This document shows positions 16,268 to 24,900 of a DNA stretch of 32,000 nucleotides, piece after piece. The notes under the pieces are model-generated. The model saw nothing but the letters and a program-made list of their open reading frames with translations, did no database searches and had not been told where the DNA came from. Source of the stretch: Candidatus Paracaedimonas acanthamoebae (GTDB lineage: Bacteria > Pseudomonadota > Alphaproteobacteria > Caedimonadales > Caedimonadaceae); assembly GCA_000743035.1 (NCBI GenBank), contig CP008936.1, positions 1,530,001 to 1,562,000 of the forward strand. The letters run 5' to 3'. The position numbers and the translations under genes were made by a program. The stretch's first letter is position 1, and every line of letters starts with the position of its first letter.

Positions 16268-17350
16268 ATGTTAACAGAGCAACGCATCCTTCACACCCTT
16301 GAGATCATCTCTGCTTTTAAGAATAATGCTGCTTCAGAGGATGTTTTAGAGAATTACATTGGTTGGGGCGGATTACATGATGAGATTGATATCTCAAGCG
16401 TGTATCAAGAGCTTAAAAAGTCACTAAGCGCTGAGGAAATCACAAGCTTAAAGCAAACGCTGATAAGCGCTTATTATACACCTGCCTTCCTTGTTCAATT
16501 TATCTATGATTGGCTTAGCATTTATGGTTTTAAAGGAGGAAATATCCCTGAGCCTGCTGTTGGTCATGGTGTCTTCATTGAGCATATGCCAAAGGCTATA
16601 TGGGAGCAGTGTACCATCACCACCATTGAAAAAGATTATCTCACAAGTGATATGGTTCAAACTCTTTACCCTGATTCCACCCATTATACGATAGGTTTTG
16701 AGGAATACCATCCTCAAGAAAAGTTTGACCTTATCGTCGGAAATCCACCCTTCGGTTCACAGACCATTGAAGATAAGCATCATACTGATATCCAGCACCA
16801 CTGCATTCATCATTATTTTGTTGCCAAGAGCATGCGCTTACTTAAGGAAGAAGGCATCCTTGCTATGGTGCTGACATCTTTCTTCTTTGATAATGTGAGA
16901 GATCATGTGCGCTATATCATTCATCGTGAAGGAGGAAGTTTCCTTGCAGCTTATCGTTTACCTGATAATATATTTTCAGGGGCAAAAATTACCGTTGATA
17001 TTGTCTTCCTTACTAAAGGAAGGGCAAAGAATAAATGGCTTAAAGCCAGAAATATTACCATTGGCTCTCTGTCAAAGCCCATCAATGAGTATTTCCATTA
17101 CAATAGCCATCATATTCTAGGAAACCTGGAAATCATCCTTATGTATGAAAGAAAAGGTCTAGCTTGTAAAAGGAGGGGAGATATCCATTATCTTTTAGCT
17201 CAAACCTTAAAAGATAGGGCACAAGCAAGCCTCACTAATCTTAGCTGTTCGCTTCTTGAGGTTGAGAAAGCTATGGAAGAGCTTAAGGCTAAGAAGCAAC
17301 GGCTTTTATCCAGCTATAAAGAGATACTCTGCCTTGCCAGATTCTTATAA
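16268..17350 (+). CDS. Orphan N6-adenine DNA methyltransferase (gamma-class motif order)
   Basis: Motif I is EPAVGHGVF and motif IV is LIVGNPPFG. The N-terminal YIGWGGL...AYYTPAFLV is typical of plasmid/ICE-borne methylase modules. The likely start is MLTEQR at 16268, which has an AAAGGAAAG Shine-Dalgarno sequence. The track start at 16145 overlaps the previous gene. Confidence 0.8.
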   Translation: MLTEQRILHTLEIISAFKNNAASEDVLENYIGWGGLHDEIDISSVYQELKKSLSAEEITSLKQTLISAYYTPAFLVQFIYDWLSIYGFKGGNIPEPAVGHGVFIEHMPKAIWEQCTITTIEKDYLTSDMVQTLYPDSTHYTIGFEEYHPQEKFDLIVGNPPFGSQTIEDKHHTDIQHHCIHHYFVAKSMRLLKEEGILAMVLTSFFFDNVRDHVRYIIHREGGSFLAAYRLPDNIFSGAKITVDIVFLTKGRAKNKWLKARNITIGSLSKPINEYFHYNSHHILGNLEIILMYERKGLACKRRGDIHYLLAQTLKDRAQASLTNLSCSLLEVEKAMEELKAKKQRLLSSYKEILCLARFL

Positions 17351-17460
17351 ACTACAGTTTTGCAGTATTTTATTATTCTTCAGTGCTTCCTTTGTTGTAA
17401 ATAAAAAGTCTAAGGCAAGTACAAGCCTGTTTTCATGGTTGCGCTTCTCTATTTACTTTT

Positions 17461-19644
17461 TTAAGCGATAAGCCACTCTTTCAGTTTGGTATATCTTTTT
17501 TTGGCTTGTTGATCTCTCACTGCCATAGATAGAGCTTTCTTTTGTCCTACAAGGATCACAAGCTGTTTTCCACGCGTGATGCCAGTGTAAAGAAGATTCC
17601 GCTTAAGCATAGGGTAGTGTTGCATCATGAGCGGAATAACAACGGCAGGGTATTCAGATCCTTGAGCTTTATGGATGGTTGTAGCATAAGCAAGCACCAC
17701 TTCATCAAGTTCGCCAAAATCATAAGTGATGAGCCTTCCTTCATATTCTACTTTGAGTTCTTGTTCTTCTTGGCTGATTTCTCTGATGTAGCCAATATCC
17801 CCATTATAAACATCTTTGTCATAGTTATTGGCAATCTGCATCACCTTATCATCCACACTATAACTTGAGCCAAAGCGTTCGACCCTATTTTGTAGCGAAG
17901 GATTTAAGGTTTTCTGAAGCTCTATATTAAGTGACCTTGCGCCCACTCCACCTCTGTTCATAGGACATAAGACTTGAATCTCTAAAATAGGATTAAAGCT
18001 AAAAGCTTTAGGGATTCTATTCTTTACAAGCTCCAGTATTTTATCCTTACACTCTTCTGGTGTCTGGCTTTCAATAAAATAAAAGTCAGATTTGTCTTCT
18101 TTTTGAGGGAAAAGTGGCATAAGTCCTTGGTTAATGCGATGAGCATTTGAAATAATCTGGCTTTGAGCAGCTTGGCGGAAGATTTCTGTAAGCCTCGCAA
18201 CCGTAAAAACTCCTGACTTAATTAAGGCATTTAAAACAGCTCCAGGCCCAACAGAAGGGAGCTGATCAATATCTCCCACTAAAATAAGGGCAGAGTGAGG
18301 GGGAAGGGCTTTGAGAAGAGAATGCATCAAGGGAACATCCAACATGGAGACTTCATCTACGACAAGAAGCTGACATTCAAGAGGTTCTTCTTCGTTCCTT
18401 TTAAAGTCATGTTTTTCTGGATCGTATTCTAAAAGCCTATGGATGGTTTTCGCTTCAAAGCCTGTGGTTTCTGATAAACGTTTAGCAGCACGCCCCGTTG
18501 GCGCTGTAAGTAGGATTTCTAGATGTTTAGCGGCCAATATTTTTAACAGACTTTTAATGAGGGTTGTCTTTCCAACCCCAGGGCCCCCTGTAATAATGGC
18601 AACTTTAGAATTAAAAATAAGCTTAAGGGCTTCTTTTTGGCTTTCTGCTAAGGTCATTGAAAGGCGCTCTTCAACCCACGGGATGGCTTTATCAATCTCA
18701 AGCACTCCCCAAGGGGGCTTACATGAGGAAAGTTTTTTGAGAGATTTTGCAATCAGGGTTTCAGCAAGATAGAGGCCTTTTAAGAATACACAAGCTTCAC
18801 CCTCAAGAGTATCCCCCACTAAGTCACCAGTTGTTAGTTCCGACTCAAGAACAGGTTTAACACTATCAACGGGTATTTCTAAAGCCTGTGCGGTTGAAGT
18901 TAAGAGCACCTCTATCGGAAGACCGCAATGGCCTTCATCCATGGCCTCGAGTAAGATATGGCTGATTCCTGCTCTGATTCTTAAAGGCGAGTCTTTGGCA
19001 ATTCCAACCTTTTGCGCAATTTGATCCGCCGATTTAAAGCCAATGCCTCTGATTTCTCGGGCAAGACAATACGGATCTTCCTTTATAACTCTTATGGCAT
19101 CCGTCCCAAAGGTTTTATAGATCCTAACAGCCCTTGCGGTACTAATGCCATGTTGATAGAGAAAGACCATAATCTCTCTAATAACTTTTTGATCATCCCA
19201 GGCTCTTGTCATCATGGTCATGCGATACTGACCAATTCCTTCAACAGTCCGCAATAAATGAGGAGTTGTTTCAATCACATCGAACACTTGAGATCCAAAA
19301 GCTTTAACCAGCTTTTTAGCATACACAGGGCCAATGCCCTTGATCATGCCTGAGCTTAGATATTTTTCAATGCCTTCTTCTGTATTTGGCGCTGTTGTGT
19401 TGAGGTAATTTGCTTTAAACTGGGGGCCGTAGTTTTTGTCATTGATCCATATCCCTGAGGCTTGGATAAACTCGCCAGCAGAGATCATGCTTGCATGCCC
19501 TACAACAGTGACAAGATCTTTCTGCCGCTCAGCTTTAACACGTAAGACGCAATAACCATTTTCCGCATTATGGTAAGTGACCCGTTCAATAAGGCCAGTC
19601 AGAAGGTCAAGCTGTGGTGAAGAGGAAGTAACGCTCATAAGCAC
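17461..19644 (-). CDS. recD2: RecD2-type SF1B DNA helicase (RecD/TraA family)
   Basis: 727 aa. The N-terminal reads ERVTYHNAENGYCVLRVKA...GIWINDKNYGPQFKA. HhH-like segments follow, then Walker A ITGGPGVGKTT, Walker B LLVVDEVSMLD and a C-terminal TIHKAQGSE. Confidence 0.9.
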   Translation of the reverse strand: MLMSVTSSSPQLDLLTGLIERVTYHNAENGYCVLRVKAERQKDLVTVVGHASMISAGEFIQASGIWINDKNYGPQFKANYLNTTAPNTEEGIEKYLSSGMIKGIGPVYAKKLVKAFGSQVFDVIETTPHLLRTVEGIGQYRMTMMTRAWDDQKVIREIMVFLYQHGISTARAVRIYKTFGTDAIRVIKEDPYCLAREIRGIGFKSADQIAQKVGIAKDSPLRIRAGISHILLEAMDEGHCGLPIEVLLTSTAQALEIPVDSVKPVLESELTTGDLVGDTLEGEACVFLKGLYLAETLIAKSLKKLSSCKPPWGVLEIDKAIPWVEERLSMTLAESQKEALKLIFNSKVAIITGGPGVGKTTLIKSLLKILAAKHLEILLTAPTGRAAKRLSETTGFEAKTIHRLLEYDPEKHDFKRNEEEPLECQLLVVDEVSMLDVPLMHSLLKALPPHSALILVGDIDQLPSVGPGAVLNALIKSGVFTVARLTEIFRQAAQSQIISNAHRINQGLMPLFPQKEDKSDFYFIESQTPEECKDKILELVKNRIPKAFSFNPILEIQVLCPMNRGGVGARSLNIELQKTLNPSLQNRVERFGSSYSVDDKVMQIANNYDKDVYNGDIGYIREISQEEQELKVEYEGRLITYDFGELDEVVLAYATTIHKAQGSEYPAVVIPLMMQHYPMLKRNLLYTGITRGKQLVILVGQKKALSMAVRDQQAKKRYTKLKEWLIA

Positions 19645-19651
19645 TCATTTG

Positions 19652-19945
19652 TTATCCTAGCAAATCAATGAGATTCCTGTAACCACTTAGGATTCTTACG
19701 ACCTCTAAAGGATTGGAATCTTCCTTATAAATAATAAGATAATTATAAACAGGCCAAAAGAGAACAGGATGGTTTGTAAGGTCTTTCCTTTTGTGTCCCA
19801 TGTGAGGATATTCACTAAGCATCCTGCACTTTTCTTCAATGGTGTCTAGAACTTTAATAGCATTTGTAGGGCTTTCTTCAGAAATATATTGCCATATTTC
19901 TAACAGATCCTGCCTTGCAGCAGGAGAAAAGATAAAGGAAGACAT
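19652..19945 (-). CDS. parE: ParE/RelE-family type II toxin
   Basis: 97 aa. AARQDLLEIWQYI...YPHMGHKRKDL...YLIIYKE....VVRILSG is typical ParE. It starts 2 nt after the parD stop. Confidence 0.85.
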   Translation of the reverse strand: MSSFIFSPAARQDLLEIWQYISEESPTNAIKVLDTIEEKCRMLSEYPHMGHKRKDLTNHPVLFWPVYNYLIIYKEDSNPLEVVRILSGYRNLIDLLG

Positions 19946-19946
19946 C

Positions 19947-20204
19947 TTAGTGATTTTTCTTCTTAATTAAAGCTTTAAGCTCCTTAAAGACCTTCTCTCC
20001 TTCAATGCCTTGTCCTTCCGATAATTGGTTAAGACCCAGCTCAATTTCTTGATTGAGCTTCTGGGTTTGTTGCTTAAAAAGAGTGTCTTTCTCAATCAGA
20101 AGTCTTAAAGCATCCCGCACTACCTCACTCGCAGAGTTGTAATATCCTTGTTGGACTTTTTGGTTGATGAAGTCTTCTAAATTTGGGTTCAAGGAAATGT
20201 TCAT
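19947..20204 (-). CDS. parD: ParD-family type II antitoxin
   Basis: 85 aa. MNISLNPNLEDFINQKVQQGYYNSASEVVRDALRLLIEKD is the ParD (COG3609-type) pattern. Confidence 0.8.
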   Translation of the reverse strand: MNISLNPNLEDFINQKVQQGYYNSASEVVRDALRLLIEKDTLFKQQTQKLNQEIELGLNQLSEGQGIEGEKVFKELKALIKKKNH

Positions 20205-20429
20205 AATACGCTCTCTTTTACTTGATTAGCTCTATAATTACTTTACACCTTATAACGAAAATTAGCAATAATTGTTATTCATCTTATCATAAGAGAGTTC
20301 TCAAACTTCGCACCTATATATTGTTTTAAAATTTTAGTATAGCTGATCGCTTTTTCTCATTATTGCTTATTGCTTGAATAAGCTTATCTTAATTTTTGCT
20401 TGTTATTTCTTTTCTCTCTTCTTGAATAT

Positions 20430-20593
20430 CAACCCATCACGACCTTTTATTCCAGGGCTTTAGCCTTGGCGTGTCCTTTTTCAAGGGTCTTTGCGCCGCT
20501 AAAGCGGTCTCCCGAAAAGACCCTTGAAAAACTCCCCTGATACTAAGGCTTTTTTAACCCATGAAAGGTCGGGATGGTCTCGACCTCAAAGGA
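20430..20593 (+). repeat. Structured leader module, copy B (paralogue of 15871..16037)
   Basis: It has the same 16-bp stem (20477-20492 / 20516-20531) and the same outer stem. The second hairpin aggtcg...cgacct lies just before the AAAGGAGA Shine-Dalgarno sequence. Weaker similarity extends upstream to about 20348, matching about 15685 in copy A. Confidence 0.85.
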
Positions 20594-20602
20594 GATAAAA
20601 AA

Positions 20603-20917
20603 ATGGAATACAATCAATCAAGCAACAAAAATACTCATGCCATCAATCACCAAAGTAAGAAAAGAGCAATGGCTCAGACCAAAGTACAACAATATGATCT
20701 AGCCGCTGTGTTGCATGATTGGAGAGTAGATCCAAACTGCTCGTTAGCAAAGGCAATTAAATGTATCTTTAAAATAACTTCAAGCGAAGAAGAGCGAGTA
20801 TATCTCAATATCGCTATCGTTGAGCTAGGAGATTGGATCTATCAATATTATGAATTTTTAACACCTTTTGGGTTTCCATCCACAGAGCCTGAGGTTAATT
20901 ATGACTCTCTTCCTTAG
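20603..20917 (+). CDS. Hypothetical 104-aa protein behind leader copy B (possible DUF3310-like core)
   Basis: AAAGGAGA lies 7 nt upstream of the ATG at 20603. The track start at 20561 lies inside the repeat. YDLAAVLHDWRVDPNCSLAKAIKCIFKI...YLNIAIVELGDWI loosely resembles the DUF3310 pattern. Confidence 0.5.
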   Translation: MEYNQSSNKNTHAINHQSKKRAMAQTKVQQYDLAAVLHDWRVDPNCSLAKAIKCIFKITSSEEERVYLNIAIVELGDWIYQYYEFLTPFGFPSTEPEVNYDSLP

Positions 20918-21134
20918 AGCCTTTTCTCAAGAATAAAACTCAGATGAGTCCCTCACAGCTTAGTAAAAGCTTGAAATTGTCTCAACCTTACAAAAAAGCG
21001 CTTCTTTATATTTATCGCGCCTTGTTTGCAAGAGAAGATGTTTATCTTGATCATCTCCAAAAAGCACAGCAATAACTTTGTGATAGCCGTGATAAAGTAT
21101 GTAAAAAGATTTACTCAGCTGAGCAATAAAATTC

Positions 21135-21359
21135 CTAGGGGCTTTGGCCCCTTTTTAAAGCAGAAGCTTCAGTAAACCTAACCTTTTCCTTAAGTGCTAG
21201 ATAGCTGTGTGAGTATTCATCAGTTTCTTTCAGTAAAGATCTTAATTCTAAAAGAGCACCAAAGAGGGCATGCACCTGATCTTTGCACTCCACATCCTTT
21301 TGAAGATCAGTGCCAAGTTCAATGGAAAATTCATCTAAGAGACCTGACTTTGCAAGCAA
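21135..21359 (-). CDS. Ti-type TraD-like small relaxosome accessory protein (start uncertain; homology extends to about 21470)
   Basis: The open frame upstream of the TTG at 21359 encodes ...LKRKEESQITFINSTLRKARTRCLVQAGGLLAKSGLL. This matches the RKARTR.LI.LGGL..KAGL motif of TraD_Ti-type proteins. No ATG or GTG lies in that stretch. Confidence 0.5.
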   Translation of the reverse strand: MLAKSGLLDEFSIELGTDLQKDVECKDQVHALFGALLELRSLLKETDEYSHSYLALKEKVRFTEASALKRGQSP

Positions 21360-21471
21360 GCCGCCTGCTTGAACTAAACATCTTGTCCTTGCTTTTCGGA
21401 GCGTAGAGTTAATAAAAGTAATTTGAGATTCTTCCTTTCTTTTTAACCGCTGAATGGCTAACTGAAGTCGT

Positions 21472-21720
21472 TTAATTTGCTTGTGGTGCGACTTGAGAAG
21501 GGCGAAAGGAAGTTGCTTTTTGCAGCCACGTCTCCTTTAGCTTAGGTGATTTATTTTCCCAAGCATGAGCAATAAGCCCTACAACGAGTTCAGAGGAGTA
21601 CTCTTCCCCTAAAATCTTATGGAACTTTCTGTAAAGCATGAGGGCCTCTTTTGTCTCAAGTTCCATTTCTTTCTTCTTCAAATACTCAATTTTTTTCCTG
21701 ATTCCATTAATGTTATTCAT
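21472..21720 (-). CDS. Small coiled-coil relaxosome accessory protein (TraC/TraD-like), divergent from traA
   Basis: The internal start MNNINGIRKK at 21720 has AAGGAG 10 nt upstream. It has a coiled-coil KKIEYLKKKEMELETKE, then HKILGEEY..LVVGLIAHAW. The longer track ORF to 21924 would cover the oriT-like intergenic region. Confidence 0.5.
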   Translation of the reverse strand: MNNINGIRKKIEYLKKKEMELETKEALMLYRKFHKILGEEYSSELVVGLIAHAWENKSPKLKETWLQKATSFRPSQVAPQAN

Positions 21721-21851
21721 AACTGTTCTTCTCCTTAAATCTATAGTGTTCTTTCTTGCCAAAAGGGAGATTTCTTCTCCCTTTAAAATCCCACTTTTTC
21801 CTTTATAGGAAACAGTTATAAGCATATTATATAAAGTATAAATCTGCAAGT

Positions 21852-21873
21852 CTTGGCGGCAAATTTTATACGA
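21852..21873 (-). other. Candidate MOBQ-type oriT nic region
   Basis: The minus strand reads gtcgtataaaatttgccgccaag. As I recall it, this resembles the Ti/RSF1010-type nic core (..CGTATAATTGCGCC/CT..). It lies in the 245-bp divergent interval between the accessory gene and traA, which is the canonical position. Confidence 0.3.
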
Positions 21874-21965
21874 CAAGCGCGCAGATATGTTGCAATAAAA
21901 ATGCAACTCTTCGCTTCGGGGCAAGCCCCTTAGTTAGGACACAAAGAAAGGAACAAAAAACAAAA

Positions 21966-24900
21966 ATGGCCTTAGCGCATGGTCGCTTAAAAGTAATCTC
22001 CCGTTCTAAACGAAATACCGTGCGAGCCCTTGCTTATCGCACAGGCTGCAAGATCTATGATCATCGGACTGGTGAACTCATGACTACCCGCAAGAAAATG
22101 CATGAGGTGCAGCATGTAGAACTCTTACTTCCTCAGGACGCGCCAGAATGGGCTTTGGAGCTAAGAAATCTTATAGCAGCTGATCGCCAAAAAGGCATGC
22201 AGAAGTTTTCTGATATTGTAGAAGCACACGAGAAAAGAAAAGACGCTCAAGTTTATCGAGAATACGAGTTCGCTTTGCCACGAGAATTTATAGATGAGCA
22301 AGGCATAAAACTCGCGAATGAGTTCATTCAAGATCAGATGTGTGGCCAAGGAATGACTGTGCTTGCTAATTTTCATTTTGATGTTGATGAAGACACAGGG
22401 GAGAGAAAACCCCACTGTCATGCTTTAATGCTCACTCGAAGACTTACAGAAAAAGGATTATCATTAAAAAAAGAAGTTGAGTGGAATCGAAGAAGCTTAG
22501 GGGCAGAACTTAGAGAACAGCTTGTTGCTTACACAAACTTTCATCTTAAAATGTATAGTTTTGATGAAAGGCTTGATTATCGTTCTTATGCTGAAAGAGG
22601 CATTGAACTTGAGCCTCAGCCTAAGCGGGGAACAAACGTTAAGGCAGTGGAATTAAGAGAAGGGAACAACCCTCAAGATCTCTTCTCAAGTGTTGCCTCA
22701 GAAAAAGCTATTGCCTTTCGTGCAACCAAGCTGAGAAATATCTACCGTATTATCAGAAATCCTGACATCGTTATTCGTGATATTGTAAGCAAGCATCATG
22801 CTACTTTTATGTGGGGAGATGTTGAGAAAGTACTCAATCGTTATATTGATGATAAAGACCTCTACAAGCAAGTAGAGCAGAAACTTAAATCTTCAAAAGA
22901 ACTCGTATTGCTTAGGTATGACACAATTAAACATAAGGATGGCAGCATTGAAGATCATTCCATTTACACGACCAGGACGATGCTGGAATCAGAGATTAAT
23001 TTGGTAACTTTAGCAGAGAGACTCAGCAAGGAACAAACCCATAAGGTAGACAATGATAAAATTGGTATTATTGTTCATCAATTTGACCAAAAGCTTTCAA
23101 AGTATGGTGGCCTTTCACCTGATCAAAAGAAAGCCCTTCGCCACATAACAGCACCAAACCAGCTTTCATGCATTGTAGGCTATGCCGGTGCTGGCAAGAC
23201 CACAGCTTTAGAGGCTACTAAAGAAATTTGGGAAGCAGAGGGCTATAAGGTTTATGGTCTTGCGCCCACAGGACGGGCAGCACAGAACCTTTCGCAATCA
23301 GGTATATCCTCACAAACACTTCACAAATTTCTGTACTCTCATAAAGAAGGAAGGTGTCAGTATAAGGCTAATTCGGTCCTTATCCTTGATGAAGCAGGGA
23401 TGGTGGACACGGAAAGGTTTGATGAGTTTTTACAAGCGGTTGATGATTTAAAGGTTAAAGCAGTTATTGTTGGGGATGGGGCACAATTGCAGCCTGTTGA
23501 AGCGGGTCCTGCTTTTAGACTTGTGACTGAGAAGGTAGGAATGTCCCACCTTGAAAAGGTGGTTCGCCAGAAAGAAGCATGGCAACAGGAAGCAACAAAG
23601 CTTTTTGGGACTCTTAAGACAAGAGAAGCTCTTCAAGCTTATCATCAAAAGGGGTATGTGCAGTTTATTGAAGAAAAAGAGATCCCTATTGCTGAACTCA
23701 TTGAGACAAGAAATCATTTTAAAATTGTTGAAACATACAACCTTTCCCGTCGTATGGTGGGTAATATTTACCATTCTATGGTTGAGGATATTAAAAAAGA
23801 TAATCCTGAAGAAAAGAACCCCCATTATTATCTTCAGAGCCATGAAGATTATACTCTTTATCGAAAATGGTGGGATCTTAAGGAGGTATGTGCGCGCCAT
23901 ATGAAGCAGAATCTTCATGAATGTCGACCTTTGATGAAAGAGCTCGGTGTTGACCCTCAACACTTTGCAGAACAGTTTGTTGATAAAGGGATGAGCCTTA
24001 GGGAACAAAAGCTAGAAGCAACCCACTTAGCCCGTCTCTGGGAGCTCCCACAATTAAATCCTTACCAAAGGAAGCATATCTGTGAGCTGAGAAATGAGAC
24101 AAAGAAAGCCCTCATTCAGGAATGGTATGCATCCTTTAAGGAAGACGCTCAAAAATCCCGCCTTCTTATGACCTACAGTAAGGCAGATACAGCTATGCTT
24201 AATGAGGAAGCCCGCCATCTTATGAAACAAGATGGTGTGGTAGCAAAAGAAGAATATCTCCTCACTATCTATAAAGAAGACGAAGATGTTTTTGGAGACA
24301 AGATTATTACAAAAGAAGAGAAGTACTTTGCCAAAGGCGATCGTATCCTTTTCATGAGAAATAATAATGGTCTCAAAGTTAGAAAGGGAACATTAGGGGT
24401 TATCTTAGAAATTAACCGCCATAAGATTAAAGCCAAGCTTGATCATACTGGCGATATCGTCTCTTTTGCGCCTAAGCTTTATCCTTACTTTGACCAAGGC
24501 TGGGCGGCTAACATTCATAAATCTCAAGGGGTAACTGTTGACCGAGCATTCTTATTAGCTACCCATGAGACCTACCGTAATCTGGCTTATGTGGGTATGA
24601 CAAGACATCGAGAGTGGGGGAAAATCTTTGGCTCCAAACTTGATTTCTGGCGAGAGGAGATCTTTTTCAAACGGCTTTCTTCATCTCAAGAAAAGCTCTC
24701 AAGCTTGGATTATATGAAATCCTATGATAATATAATTCTTCCAAAGCAAAATTTTAAACTTCAGGAGATCCTTAACCGCCTTGGCAATGAACTAGAGGCA
24801 ATGCGTTTCGTGTCCAAACAAGCGTGGCAGAGTATCGCAGAGCGGTTTTTAAGTAAGATTCCCGAGCAACAAGAGATCCGTATCTCTCAAAGAAGTATCA

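Noticed and set aside
17542-19257. Plus-strand ORFs 17542..17868, 18443..18772 and 19012..19257, antisense to recD2
   Set aside because: They are fully contained in the strongly supported helicase gene on the other strand and show no motifs.
20944-21075. 43-aa plus-strand ORF downstream of the 104-aa leading-region gene
   Set aside because: It is co-oriented and could be real, but it has no Shine-Dalgarno sequence or recognisable motif. The evidence is insufficient.
21721-21924. Upstream part of track ORF 21472..21924
   Set aside because: This part has no Shine-Dalgarno sequence and an implausible sequence (MPRSEELHFYCNISARLSYKICRQ...), and it would cover the oriT-like divergent intergenic region. 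The internal start at 21720 has AAGGAG.
23448-24008. 186-aa minus-strand ORF, and the 117-aa plus-strand out-of-frame ORF, inside traA
   Set aside because: These are shadow ORFs embedded in a well-supported 1150-aa relaxase-helicase gene. Their sequences are low-complexity and Phe/Leu/Lys-rich, as is typical of antisense frames in AT-rich DNA.
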